From Octopus vulgaris (lineage: Eukaryota): a DNA stretch of 64,000 nucleotides. The stretch spans positions 25,482,001 to 25,546,000 of the forward strand of contig OX597814.1 of NCBI GenBank assembly GCA_951406725.2, in the 5' to 3' direction. Within the stretch, counting starts at the first letter, position 1; every line of letters begins with the position of its first letter. Shown here piece after piece: positions 1 to 13,749 of the stretch. Below the pieces are notes generated by a model that made no database searches, was not told where the DNA came from, and saw only the letters and a program-made list of their open reading frames with translations. The translations under genes and the position numbers were made by a program.

Positions 1-2608
1 CCTCTGGAATTTTAGCTTCCATGGGAACATTTTACCCTTCTTGTACACTCTGAAAATTATTTATTCTATGAAAGAAATGATAAAAATTTGACAAAAGGGT
101 TTTGTTATCCTTACACATACTACTTTGTCTGAAAACTTGCAACAGAGTGAGCCTTGTTAAAGGTACCCAATTGTCAGGAGGAAGTGTTAAATGTTTAAGT
201 TTTATCCTTCTTTCCACCTTACAAAGTAAATACTATGTTTTGTTTATAGAGACACTATTACTAGAAAAGCTGGCTTACAGGACTTAGAGAGACCTTTCTG
301 CCTTAGGCTGATCAATTTCATATAAATGCGACCAAGCTTCTAAACTTAGTTGCATTACTAGTAAAAGCCACGTCTCTGCTGTCACACACCTGAGTATGTA
401 ATGAAATAAGAAAACTAAAAACAAATTAGTCAGAATAAAAATAAAGGCAAAAACGAAACTAATAGAACCCACAGATCTGTAAGTAGAGAAAAATAAAAGC
501 AAATTGAATCATTTTGTTTGGGAATCCAATCAAATTATAATCGATGACTAAAGCTAACACCTAATGACCTATCTTAGGTTAGTTTTCTTTCCTTCGCCTA
601 CTTTGCGGCAGAGTCTCTCAAAGTTCTCTCCTTTACTTTATATTTCTTTCCTAATCTAATCTATTAACATACCAGCCTTCACCATATTTTTGTTGACTGC
701 AATTAATTTCATTTCCTATCACTCACTATGATTTGTTTCCAGCACCAACCAACGTGTCTCATTTTTCTCTCTCTCTCTCTCTCTTTCTTTCTTTCCTCCC
801 TCTTTCTCTCCTCTCTCTTCCCCTCTCTCTTTCTCTTTCTTCATCTACTTATTCACTGTCTCTCTCACATGCACACAAAACACAAACACATATAAGTAAA
901 TAAGTAGAAAACACAACAGGTGAATATCTAAAAGCCGTGTGTGTGCATGTGTGTGTGCATGCATGTGTGTATCCATGTGTGTGTGTGTGTGCATACATAT
1001 ACACACATGCACACACACTTGCTCATAGATATTTATCTGTTATAAAGAGAGAAGGGAAAAGAGTCGCTCTTAAATACAGAGTTAAATAGATTTATAGATG
1101 GCTTGCTAGTTTAAGAAACATATAGTTCTTTGTAACATTTCATTAAATTTACTTGGGATTCATTATACATCAAAGTTGGTGGAGTAGTAGCCTAAATGCA
1201 TTACAGTTTTTTTTCATTTCTGCCATCTACATTTTTAGTTTGAATTCAACCTCGGTAAACTTAGGGACACTGAATCAGCAGAACTGTTAGTATCAGACAA
1301 AATGACTTGTTTTATTTTGTTGCATTCTAAGTTTATGTTATGAGTTCAAATTGCATTATGTTCACCTTTGACTTTATCTTATTTCCTTCTGGAATTGATA
1401 AAATAAAGTACCAGTTGAGTACCAAAGTCAGTTATTATTTTTGTTACTCCACATAGATGTGAATGGAATTATAATTGAAGACAATGAGTAAGATGCTGCC
1501 TGTCATATTTTCATGTTTCATATAATAAGTACCAATTATGCACTGGAGTCAGTTCTACTGTCTACAGTCCTTCATCACCTTCAACTAATATATGAAATCA
1601 GTTATGCTATTCAGCATTTTGTCTCTCACTTCCAACATAATTCAATCTTCCTCTATCAGAATAGATTTTTCACACCTGCAGTGATTTTTACCAATGATGC
1701 ATGTCAATGAGAAAGATTCTACGTGGCCACTTAACCTGCTGAAAATAGCTGCTGAATCTTCTGTTAATCACAGACCAGTTTTATATAAAGAACAAACGAA
1801 ATTTGATAATATATTCTCACTTATTTCTGGAAAGATAGGATGCCTTGAATGCCTTTGATCAGAGGTCTTTTTGATCACAGGTGTCCTAGAGTTAGATTAC
1901 AGCAGCAGCAACTAATGTTACTGACATTTCACAACTGTCACAACTGACATACAAGAAGTATTTTTATCTTCATGACTATGATCTTGTCACTACTACCACC
2001 AAAAACCTTCATTAACTATTGTCCTATCACAATCATCATCATTATCATCACTACCTCTATTACTAATAGCTTCATCTTATTCACCATTAGCTATTATGAC
2101 AATTGTTGTCACCAAATCTTCATGCAATTGCTCAACCTGCTAGAAATAGCAGCCAGATCTTCCTTACATTAACCCAACAAGAAGAATTTATCGTTCAGAA
2201 GACAAATAAAAACAATTTTAAATTAAATTGAAGGAGTATTTGATACTTTTCGTAGAGTACAAATTTATTATTCTTTAACAAGTATAGTTTTGAAAATGCC
2301 TTCAAAGTATGAGCCAGCTGAAGCCATCATTAAATAGTATGATGCTGGCTTACCTGGTTGAAACTTCAAAGTTACTGTTAATTCTATTCTTGTTAAAAGA
2401 TAATATTTATATATATATATATCATCATCATTGTCGTAGTTTAACATCAACTTTCCATGCTGGCATGGGTTGGTCGGTTTGACTGAGGGCTGGCGAGCCA
2501 GGAGGTTGCAGCAGGATCTAACAAAGTTTATATATGTGTGTATATACTAATACATCTGTTTCTTGTCTACACAACATGTCTTCGTCTTTTGTTTTTCTTG
2601 TGAATACT

Positions 2609-2671
<63 letters not shown>

Positions 2672-3529
2672 TAAAGTTTTACCTAAGAGCTGCGGCCATG
2701 CTGATGCACCGATATATATATATTATTATCATCATTATCTTTTAATGTCCACTTTTCTATATTTGCATGGGCCAGATGAAGTTTAATGAGGCAGATTTTT
2801 CTTGTCAAAGCTATGAAGGAACCAGACAAAATAGGAAGAGGACTAGAGTCAATAGACAATTATTTATTTAGTTAAAATATTGGAATATCAATCACTTGTT
2901 TTAGACAGATATACTACATGTATAGTCATCTTTATAGGTTTCCCAACCATCTAATGAGTTTATAATTCTTTTAATCATTACTACTTGTGAAAGCAGTTCT
3001 TGTCACTTATCCCCCAGCAAGTTGTAATTGAGAAGACCTATGATCAAAGATACTCTAACTTTGACCATCCCATTTTTTTTTTTTTTTGTATATCTTGAAC
3101 AGTCATGAGCAAACTGCAGCCCATGTATCTTTCTAAGTTGCACACCAATGAAAAAAGTTACCTTGAATTTTTGTAGTAGTGTGGCCAACCTTATGATGAG
3201 CCATACTTCATGTGGTTTGCTTCTCGAAAAAGAGGACCCATTCCTGATCGAGAACAACATTGTCCATGATATATCATTTTCTTAAGATGATAAGGTGGAA
3301 TACAAGGGAACTTAGCTGTAATTTGTCAGTAACAAGTTGATGACTCAACAGAGAGTCTCTGAGTAGGCTTCAATGAAAGCAGACATCATTATCATTGTCA
3401 TCATCATCATTGTTGTTATCGTTGTCATCTTAACTGAGTTATTCAATGTTCTAAAGCATTTCAACGAGGAATAACACATCTCTTATTTCAGGAGCATTGT
3501 TCAATGTGTACTCATCAGAAGAATTTGTC

Positions 3530-3606
3530 GTTCAGTTTAGCTTAATGGTAAAGCACTTGACGCATAATCATACGGATGTGAGTTCGAGTCTCATGGCTGG
3601 CCACCA
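3530..3606 (+). pseudogene. tRNA-like sequence (CAT anticodon) ending in CCA; probable tRNA pseudogene or retrocopy
   Basis: D arm GCTT-AATGGT-AAAGC, T arm GTGAG-TTCGAGT-CTCAT, CAT at 3563-3565, GU-rich acceptor stem, 3' end GGCCACCA. The anticodon stem is imperfect and position 33 is G rather than U. Confidence 0.55.
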
Positions 3607-3780
3607 ACAGATTTTTCTACAAAATATGGATAGTTTATTCTGTTCATGCTATATTATTAGCATTATCCTGCATTTGAGAATAAAATTATTTCCTATCTAT
3701 ATCTTTCAATACATCGCATCGCTTCTAAAGCAAACTTTGTTGACTTTCAACATAAGTTGAATTTAACAAATGATAGCATA

Positions 3781-3862
<82 letters not shown>

Positions 3863-3929
3863 TATATGTACATTCATATATGTACATATACATACATGCA
3901 AGCGTACACATATATATAAAAAAGATCCC

Positions 3930-4160
3930 AAGTCATATAGACTCATAGGACTGGTTTTCTGGTTTCAGTGGCTTATATATTCCCCACCTGGATTGGACGC
4001 AGTCCAGTGCGTGATTACTTACTTTTGTCAGCTGAGTGGACTGGAACAACATGAAATGAAATGGTTTGCTCAAGAACACAGACTGTTGCATGATCCAGCA
4101 ATCAAAACCACAATCTTACAACCATGAGTCCAACACCCTAACAAATAAACTGCATGCCTC
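3930..4160 (-). mobile_element. tRNA-derived SINE, family C
   Basis: The minus strand shows a decayed tRNA head (TTAGGGTGTTGGACTCATG...GTTTTGATT) then CTTGAGCAAA...CCAGTCCACTCAGCTG. Homologous to 11255-11480 and 19145-19390. Confidence 0.75.
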
Positions 4161-4194
4161 TAACATATATATATATATAGGCCTCTACTATACC

Positions 4195-4810
4195 ATCATC
4201 ATCGTTTAACGCCCGTTTTCCATGCTGGCATGGGTTGGACGGTTTGACTGAGGTCTAGAGAGTCAGCGGCTGCACCAGGCTCCAGTCTGATCTGGCAATG
4301 TTTCTACAGCTGGATGCCCTTCCTAACATCAACCACTCCAAAAGTGTAGTGGGTGCCTTTTATATGCCACCGGCACAGGAGCCGGTTAGGCAGGGCAGGC
4401 AGTGATCACATTCGGATAGTGCTTTTTATGTACCACCAGCATGGGAGCCAGTGAGGGAGTACTGGCATTGCCTATGTTCAGATGGTGCTTTTACATGCCA
4501 CTGGCATGGGAACCAGTCAAGGGGTACTGGCATCAGCCACATTTGAATGTTGCTTTTTATGTGCCACCTGCACAGAAACCAGTTAGGATGTACTGGCCAC
4601 ACCTAGAGTATTGGTTTCACTTGACTCAACAGGTCTTCTCAAGCATATCAAATCACCTGACGTATCAGGGGTACTCTTAACTGGACTGGACATGCATGGT
4701 TGTGATCTGACTTTAGTTGCCGAGTCTGCTCAATCACAACATATCTCTAAAGGTCTTGGTCTCCTGTCATTGCCTCTGTGAGGCCCAATGTTTGAAGGGC
4801 CACCTCATCC
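4195..4810 (-). mobile_element. RTE-clade LINE 3' end (ORF C-terminus, subrepeat-bearing 3' UTR, (GAT)n tail)
   Basis: Minus-strand [15 protein letters not shown] resembles the WDEVVKHD end of the RTE copy near 63300. The 3' UTR contains AGGAAGGGCATCCAG...CAACCCATGCCAGCATGGAAAACGGGCGTTAAACGATGATG. Confidence 0.75.
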
Positions 4811-4850
4811 CATATATATATATATATATATATTGATAGATAGATATATA

Positions 4851-4923
<73 letters not shown>

Positions 4924-6751
4924 TAATATATATAGTAGAGGCACATATATATATGAATACATACATACATACATACATATTTGTACATAATAAATATGAA
5001 GGTATTCACAGAAATACCTCTGTGAATGAATAGTTGGTTGTCATTACCTTTTGAAAGACAAGTGGAACAGAAAGTCCTTACTTGCAAAAAAGGTAAATGT
5101 AGGTGATCAAAAAGTCATCTGATTGTAAAACAATGCCTAAATAATATATATCTGTCAAATCTATGCTAGCATGAAATATGGATGTAAAAAAGAGCAAAGA
5201 AATGAATCCTAGTATGCTGTAGGACAGCATATCATGATTTGTGATAGTTTTATCAATGTAATTACATTGAAGAAGAGCAACAGGGTAAACAGATTGTGTT
5301 TTCTAATTGTTTACTTCTTGACATAAGCATAAAAATAATAGATAAAAATAAAACAGATTACAAGTGTATAACAAAGAATATAGTTTGCAAAGATGTTTTT
5401 TTTCTTGAAATTGCATCTTCAATGCCGCCCTTGTGAATTTTATGCCATCCCAAGAATCATACACTTCAGGAAAAGAATATAATTTCAAAATGAATTATAT
5501 ATTTTGAAGTAATCTGGAATTTCTTCAAGTAATGCTAGTAATAAATGAGTCTTTTCCAGTATTAAATTATTACACTTATGAAAAAATTGGTCCCATTTTT
5601 AATGTTAATGAAGACTTTAAAAAAGTATCTCTGATCATGGGTTGGACACATCTACATATTTCTGTATGTGTTGGAACACTTTTAGCAAATACCAAGTCAT
5701 TTAATCAAGCCATAGAACTTTTCAATTCAAACCTGGTTACAATAAAATATATTTGTATATCCTGCTTAAGAACATAACACAGTAACCTTTAACAGTCAGT
5801 AGGTTAAACCAGTGGGTTGGACAATTTATGCATTTATATCTTTGTAAGAAAACTTGTAGCAAATACCATTAATTCTATCAAGTTGTAGAACTTTTCTATT
5901 CAAGACTGGCTTGCAACCAAATATATTTACATATGTTGCTTAAAAATACTATACAATAACCTTTGTAATTTGGTAGATTGAACCAGAGATATGGTATTTG
6001 ATATGATACCTATGTTTTTTTTGTTTTTATTTTTTTAAGAGATATATTATATTCAATAAGAATACAGCAGCAGCAACAACAACAACAAATTAATCAACAA
6101 ATTTTTTTTTTTTTTAATAATTGAAATAAAATTAAACAATACGTAAATCTAGCCAGCAGGGTTTCAAGAAAAAGAAAATAGCAACAATGACAAATAACCC
6201 AAAAATGGTTCAGATATCACAATAAATAAATAAATAAATAAATAAATAAATGATGGAATACAATCATTCTGCGTGAAAACTGAAGGAACAGATCAGTATT
6301 GAGGAAGTTGATAAATAAGCACCAACTGGTTTTTATAAAGACAGAACAAAACTCATTTTCTTTCTTCACTATTCTTTTGGTGGGAAAATATTAAAAAAAT
6401 AAATAACAAAAATAAAACAAAATTAACTGTGATGGAAGAATATTTCCGGCATGCTAGAAAATTACAGTAATTTCATTGATAAATTTCAGTTATTTTTGCT
6501 GGCAAGCATTGTGATTAAAATATAATTATTTTACACACATCCGTGTTGGTAGGAAAAGGAAATAAAAGAAGATGGAGGGTAAGTGACAGCTGTGAAATTA
6601 ATAAAATTGAATCTAATATGGAATAATTAGGTCTATTGAAATTAACTACAGGCACACATACACACACATAGAGACATTTACACACATACACTCAAATCGA
6701 ATTAGACTTAAATGCATAGTGCATCACTTTAAAATGTTTGCATATTCATAC

Positions 6752-6834
<83 letters not shown>

Positions 6835-7084
6835 CATATATATATATACATATATATACATACATATATATACATACATGCACACACACACACATACACA
6901 TATATGTATGAGTGTGTATGTATAGATATCCATATATATATGCATACATGTATATACATATATATATATATATATATAAATACCTACATATCGATATATC
7001 CATACATATGAGTGTGTGTGTGTATTTATATATATGTATGCTTGTGGGTGTATACATACATACATACACATATATTATTAAAGA

Positions 7085-7178
<94 letters not shown>

Positions 7179-7185
7179 TTTAAAA

Positions 7186-7225
<40 letters not shown>

Positions 7226-7259
7226 TAAAATGAGAAACAATAGTCAAACAATAGACCAA

Positions 7260-7738
7260 TTACCTACTGCTGCTGCAGCACATAATTTGTCCATTGGGAT
7301 TATAGCAGCAGTACTAAAGATAATTATAGCATCAGCAACAACAATAATAACAACAACAACAGAGTAATAATAACTATGGCAGTAGTTATGATAGTTACTC
7401 AAGCAGAAGCTACAGAATGTGCTCTTGTTGTTGTTGTTGTTGCTGCTGCTGCTGCTGCTGTTGTTGTAACAGTTGTAGCAGCAGGAAAAATTAAAATAAA
7501 AATCTGTTGCACCAGAATCATGTATCAGCAGTAAAAACTGTTGCACCAGATTCAGTAACAGCAGCAACAGCTAAAGTTAGTGTCGCAGTTTTTTTGTTGT
7601 TGTTGTTGTAGTTGTAGCAGTCAATGTGATAGCAGCAGTAATTGTTGCAACGTTCACAACAATAGCAGCAGTGTCAGGAACAGCAGTCGTAAAAGTAACA
7701 GCAGCAGTATCAGCAGCAACAGCAGTAGAAACAGTATT

Positions 7739-7780
<42 letters not shown>

Positions 7781-8155
7781 GTCAGCAACTGCAGTAGGAA
7801 AGAAGAGTAACAGCAGCAGTATCAGCAGCAAGCAATAGAGACAGTATTCGCAGCGGAGTCAGAGACAGCAGCGGGAACTGCTACAACTACAACAGAAACT
7901 GCGACACTAACTTTAGCAGTAGTGTCAGCAGTAGCTGCTGCGGTGATGTAGCAGTAGCCACTATAGTAGTATCATTATCATATGATGGTAATAGTAGCAG
8001 TAATAGCAGCATGGGGAATAACAACAAAAGTAGCAAAAATAACAACAACAAAGACATTAACAACAGTAGCAGCATCAGCATCAATAACTGTAACAACTGC
8101 AACAACAGTATTAGCAATAAAAGCAACAAGAATAATTAGCAACAGCAGCAGCAAA
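7260..8155. repeat. Degenerate CAG/CAA/TAG trinucleotide mosaic
   Basis: About 900 bp of GCA/ACA/GTA triplets, including a pure (CAG)n near 7740-7775. It produces the poly-Ala/Ser/Leu ORFs. Confidence 0.9.
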
Positions 8156-8997
8156 GGGCTCAGATAGAACTAAGTGGTTTTGAAGTTTGTTTTGCAGCCT
8201 TCACACCTATGTATCTTTTTTTTTGTGTGTTTGATTCCACAGCCTTAACCCCCTGAATAAGTCCTCTGCCATAGCCTTGTATTGACCAAAACCCTGAAAA
8301 TTAAATTTGATAGGCATTAACTGTGTGATAGCCCAACCAGAGATACCATTCCTTTTCTTGGGTTGTAGACTTAATCTGTTGCTTGGCTTAACACTACAAC
8401 CTGACCTTTGGCTACCTTTAGAGGAATCTATCCAGTTACAAGCATTAAAGACATGTCTCTGATCTGGGTATAACTTCCTTAATTTCTCCTACATGTCATT
8501 GAGACCCTGAAAGATGTCATGGCAGTTGCTTTCCTCTTCTCCCTCAGCCTTTAAAAACTAAAATAAAAATAAAATTCAGCTCGAAATTCAGCCTTTAATA
8601 TGACAATCCAGACATTTTAATATCTTTCACTTGCCAATGTTCAAGAAAATTAAAGGCTACAAGTTGACAGGAATGGCAGAGGCTTGAATTAAATATTGGC
8701 AGTAGTTAGCTTCCTCTTTCTGTAATATGAGTTCAAATTTTGCCTGATTTTTTTCATTCAATTCATTTGGCATAGACAAAATTAGTACCAGTAAGGTACT
8801 GCTATTCCTTTAATTAACTATAGCCCTTTTCTGTAAAATATGATCTTGTGCCAATCCTTAAGAAATGAATATGTTTAAACCAATGAGAGAGTTTCTACAT
8901 AATCACTTGACTTGCTAGATATAGTAACTAAATCTTCCTCAAATCAAACCAATCATCTTAAAAATATATATATATATCTAATGTATCCAGTAAAAGA

Positions 8998-9032
<35 letters not shown>

Positions 9033-9037
<5 letters not shown>

Positions 9038-9299
9038 TAATAAAAGAAAGTTTTTGTTTTGTAATTCATACTTACCTTTATTTTTAATTCCCTCCATTCT
9101 TGAACCTTTTGGTTTTACTCTGTTCGATTAATTTGTTCATCCCATAACGAAGATCTTCATATTTTGTTATCTGCATTACTTTTACTTCTAATGCAAATTT
9201 CAATTTGTTAAGAGTTTGTTAAGATCTGTTGGTTGGCTTCAGCTGTTAATAATTTGTGGCTCATTAATTATTTTCATTAGATTTGATTGCTGGTGTAGA
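9033..9299 (-). repeat. Inverted copy of 15134-15400 (PLE-derived segment)
   Basis: 267-bp reverse complement of 15134-15400; I counted about 4 substitutions. Confidence 0.92.
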
Positions 9300-9589
9300 C
9301 ATGTGTAATAAAAGATTCCTTATTTGAAAATATAAAAAAAACAAGTAAGTGTTAGTAATAGAAAGGGCTTCAAGCAGTAAAACCAGCACCCAACTCAAAC
9401 GTTTGTCTAACCCATGCCAGCATGGAAAAAATGGATGTAAATATTTTCCTTATGAACAAGTAGATAAATGCATGCAGCTGTCCACATACACACACATACA
9501 AACATATATATATATATGTATACGTCGATGTATACATGCTTATATACATATTTACATACATATATGCACACACACACTCATATATAACA
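9297..9589 (+). repeat. Direct copy of 16089-16386
   Basis: Near-identical sequence AGACATGTGTAATAAAAGATTCC...CACTCATATATAACA. ORFs 9349 and 16140 give near-identical translations. Confidence 0.92.
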
Positions 9590-11254
9590 ATATTTCTAGT
9601 ATGTTTAGATATTCATGCCTGGAAAATTTTTGGTTGTATTTCAACTCTTAAATTAGACCTGATTCTAAACAATAGCACCAAGAAATCAGAAAGATTTATT
9701 TTGCTAATTGCAGATAATTTGCTTATGGATACATTAAAAATTGTGGCTGCTTTTTTCCCTAATTAATTTAAATGCCATATTCAAATATCTGAAACAATTT
9801 TGCATCAGCATTTTCCCCAATAATCTGTATTAGCTGTCTCAACAAATTTCCAGCTTTGTATGTGCTCTCAAGCTTTCTTCACACCAACATCTTAACTGAA
9901 AACTGATTCTTATTTTTCTAAATAACTAGGATATGGAATGCTAAGTGAAATGCTTGAACCCATATCCTATAGATAACTAGCCTATGATATTAACCACTCA
10001 ACCACTGCACTATAAACTTCTATTTGTTTTTAAACTTTAACTAGTGTTATCCAATATATTTCATGATTCTTCTTCCTATCCTGACGTTTGCCTTGATAAA
10101 AGGCAACTGGCCATAAAAACCACAGCAAAAAATTATCATGCACGACAACAAATTTTCAGATACATTAAGCTGCATAATATGACTCGCATATTTTTCAGTT
10201 TTATTGGTGCTGCAGTTTGCTGAAATGGTATCAGTTTGCACTCAACCATCATTAAGCAATCTTACTAGCCACCTTTTCAAGGAAAACTATTTAAGGAAAT
10301 AAACCAAGAAGAAGTAAACTTCAAATGCCCAACGTTGACTACCTACTGGCAAACAATAACAACACTCATTCTCTTCAAATAGAAAAGTGCTTGCAGCTTC
10401 TTTGTTATAAGACATTTTTTTTTGATGGTTGGAAGTTCATCCATGTTGAAATGAAGATATCCCAAAGAACTCTACACCTACCATACATGTGTGCAAATTT
10501 CACAACTCTGATATCAATAAACAATAAATCTAATTGGATGCTCTTTGAATATCAGAAAAGAAAACAACAGACCTAATTTTCATGTGGAAATAAGCAGCAG
10601 TGAAATAGAAAATGAAGATTTACATAGCAGTCCATGATGTAGGAATAAGAAAGACAATGTGAAAGATGCTGATAATCCTATAACTGGGCATTCTTTATTA
10701 CACCAACCATTACACTGGAAATTAGGAAAGGTGCTTGTTTTGTAGTGACATTGACTGAAACAAGTTTTATTTGGCATCATATCAGTCCAAAATAAACAAA
10801 CCTACTATCAAGAGCATTCGCATTCCAACCATGACTAACCCTTAGTGTATCTAGGAATGAATTATCTGACTGCTTTGAAGATGGTAAGATTTGAAGGATA
10901 TTTAGTTGCTATTTCCTACAAGTGTTTATCTAGAGGCTCCTTTGCTCAACTAAAGCATGTTTGAGAAATGTGCTTAGCTTTACAGTACCAGTCAATTTTG
11001 AGAAACTTTGATTAGCCAACACTGTAGTTTTTGGTTGTTTGACTTGCTCAAAAATGCTTCTGATTGGAATGCTACTGATTTGCTTACTCAGAGGTGATCT
11101 AAAGATAAACAACAGAAGTTTGAAGACATTATTGTAACCAGAAACATTTATCAATGGTCTTCTAGTTGCATTTATTTATTATGTCATTAAATATATAGTA
11201 TCTCCTGCATGATATCCTTGACATCTTTTTAAATACATAATGTATTGTTTGTTT

Positions 11255-11480
11255 TAGAGGTTAGGGTGTTGACCTTATGATCACAAGAATGTGGTTTCAA
11301 TTCCTGGACCAGATAATGTGTTGCGTTCTTGAGCAAAGCACTTCACTTTATGTTGATCCAGTCCACTCAGTTGGTAAAAACGAGTAATCCTGCAATGGAC
11401 TGATGTTCCATCCAAGGAGGAATACATAGGCTAGAGGAACCAGAAAGTCACCCCTATGCTCTTTAAGGAGCAATGTGGAC
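11255..11480 (+). mobile_element. tRNA-derived SINE, family C
   Basis: GGTTAGGGTGTTGACC...GGTTTCAATTCC head, then CTTGAGCAAAGCACTTCA...CCAGTCCACTCAG...CCTGCAATGGACTG. Confidence 0.75.
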
Positions 11481-11770
11481 TTATCAGTTCTTTTTATACT
11501 TCAACATTTCAAAAACCAGTGAGAATGGCTTCTACATAGTCAAAACCCTCTCAAATCAATGCTACTTACTACGTTAAAAAGGTCAAAAACTTTTGACGAT
11601 ATAATCATAAAAATGATAGGATGGCCACAACTGGAATGTTTTTGATTATAGGTTTCCACTAAAAGAGTTGATTCAAAGCTAAACAATAACAAATAAAGAT
11701 AATTTCTAACTTTGCTTGTACTGGATAGGTTTAAATCAATTATAATGAAATGAAATAGGGATATATTTAT

Positions 11771-11932
11771 AGGCACAGGAGTGGCTGTGTGTTAAGTAGC
11801 TTGCTTACCAGCCACATGGTTCTGGGTTCAGTCCCATTGCATGGCAGCTGGGGCAAATGTCTTCTACTATAGCCTTGGGCCGACCAAAGCCTTGTGAGTG
11901 GATTTGTTAGACAGAAACTGAAAGAAGCCAAT

Positions 11933-11979
<47 letters not shown>

Positions 11980-12197
11980 TTGCATGTCTGTGTTTGTCAC
12001 CCCAACATCACTTGACAACTGACATTGGTATGTTTACATCCCTGTAACTTAGCAGTTCAGTAAAAGAGACCGATAGAATAAGTACTAAGCTTACAAAGAA
12101 TAAGGCCTGGGGTTGATTTGCTCGACTAAATGCAGTGCTCTAGCATGGCCACAGTCAAATGACTGAAACAAAATAAAAGAAAAAGAATTAAAGAATA
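11771..12197 (+). mobile_element. tRNA-derived SINE, family A (internal TA/TG microsatellite), full length
   Basis: A/B boxes TGGCTGTGTGTTAAG and GGGTTCAGTCCC, body CCAAAGCCTTGTGAGTGGATTTG, tail AGCATGGCCACAGTCAAATGACTGAAACA plus AAAAG repeats. Many copies in the window. Confidence 0.88.
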
Positions 12198-13085
12198 TTT
12201 AGAATGCACTGGGAGCCACTTATTAACATCATGGATAAATTTAGTAACTGGTTATTGTTATTAGAATTTGTGTATCTCAAATTCTTTATTTGTTTAATGT
12301 TATCAGTTGGTTATTGTTACAAAAAAGGCTTCATCTCAAAGTGGTCACAGTAAGTGGTTTCCACTGTGTAACTGAAGATGGATACTTGAAAGAAATATTA
12401 GTATGCCAGAACAAATATGTAACAATATCTGTTTCATACTTCAACTTTCTGAGTTCAAACTCTAGGGTTGATAAAGTAAGTATCAGTACGCCTTCCCTAT
12501 CAAAATTGGCTTAGTGCCTAGTTCAACAAATTCAGTATGAAGATAATCAGATAGAATGAATAATAGTAAGAAAAAAAAATAAATAAATAACACTATGCTG
12601 AAGCCAATTTGCTTTTTTTTTTTTAGATTGATAATCACTCATCTGACGATGGAAAAAAACTCTATACTTAAATAATTATGTCTAGTTTGCTGCCAACAGA
12701 TTATATATGATTTTAGTTGTCTTAGCCAACCAAGATAATTATGAATAATTCCTCCTCTTTACGTCCCTTGTTAATTAGATCAATTATATTTGGAATAAAC
12801 GAAGCATTCTTTTCAGCCATCCAGGTCACTTAAAATGTCATAAAGTATGATTTTATTTTTTATGGAATCTTAAAATAATTTATTTTTCTTTAATACATTT
12901 TCTCATATCCATTGTTATGTCAAAATTGCATGATGCTGCAAACTAGATATTTTCACAAATAGTTATACTTGTTATTGCAATAGTTTTTCTTATCAATATA
13001 TTTGAAAATATTTGTTTCATTTAATAAGCTGATTAAATACCTAAGGGTGGTAAACAAAACTAACCAGCCAGATCACAGCTTAGAT

Positions 13086-13419
13086 CAGTGGTTCTCAACT
13101 GAGATGCATATGACCCCAAAAGCTCCAACTTTTGGGCATCCATGCAAGGAAAGTAGTGAATTGGAGATGCACAGTATTATATTAAGGGTCCATGAAAAAG
13201 GTTTGAGTCACATGTATTTACTTCAAGAAACAGCTAAATTTCTGTCTCAAAGTTTTTACATGGTTCAGTCTACATAAGTTAGTATGTAAATAACAAAATG
13301 GGAATTTTGAAAGAAGTATCTGTCAAACTAGTTTATAAGCATCAAATAGTTATAGGGGTCCATGAGAATAAAATTGCAATCAAAGGGATCTACAGGTAAA
13401 AGATGGTTGGGAATCACTG
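13086..13419. mobile_element. hAT-superfamily (Charlie-like) non-autonomous element / MITE
   Basis: Imperfect TIRs CAGTGGTTCTCAAC ... GTTGGGAATCACTG. The 8-bp flanks GCTTAGAT and GTTTAGAC match at 6/8 and resemble the NTCTAGAN target. Confidence 0.8.
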
Positions 13420-13749
13420 GTTTAGACCAAGCCAGTAAAGCTCAGGAATCACATAATACAGAGTAGAGCCTATGATGTGTGTGGAAATAATGTTGACTTG
13501 CAAGGGTGAGAGAATTGGTTTTCTCAATAGAGAAATATTCAAAATAGTTTATAGTATGTAGTTTTGTCTGTCTATTTTCTTAGTTCAAACATTGCCTTGG
13601 AGTTGATGAAACACCAATATATTAAGCTTGATCTATAAACTATATATCTGCAATAATATACTAAGAGCAATTTTGGTTTAGAATATCTTTACAATGTCTC
13701 TGAATGTTGTAAGAGATGAGGAAAAGGAGGTTTGGTAAAAGGAAGGGCA

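Noticed and set aside
284-502. Minus-strand acceptor-like sites and a short ORF near the window start
   Set aside because: Competing AG sites, early stops and no identifiable product.
3450-3525. Minus-strand CTGATGA...GAAA upstream of the tRNA-like sequence
   Set aside because: I could not form a stem II that closes onto either GAAA.
6719-7367. [12 protein letters not shown] ORFs here and across the window (e.g. 34848-35207, 38904-39418, 45050-45722)
   Set aside because: They are translations of (TA)n and (CA)n microsatellites, which lack stop codons in several frames.
7577-7838. Ala/Thr-rich ORFs resembling antifreeze or mucin-like peptides
   Set aside because: Open on both strands because of CAG-type repeats; no gene structure.
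11771-11840. SINE heads as functional tRNA genes
   Set aside because: A and B boxes are present, but there is no complete cloverleaf and each continues into a multi-copy SINE body.
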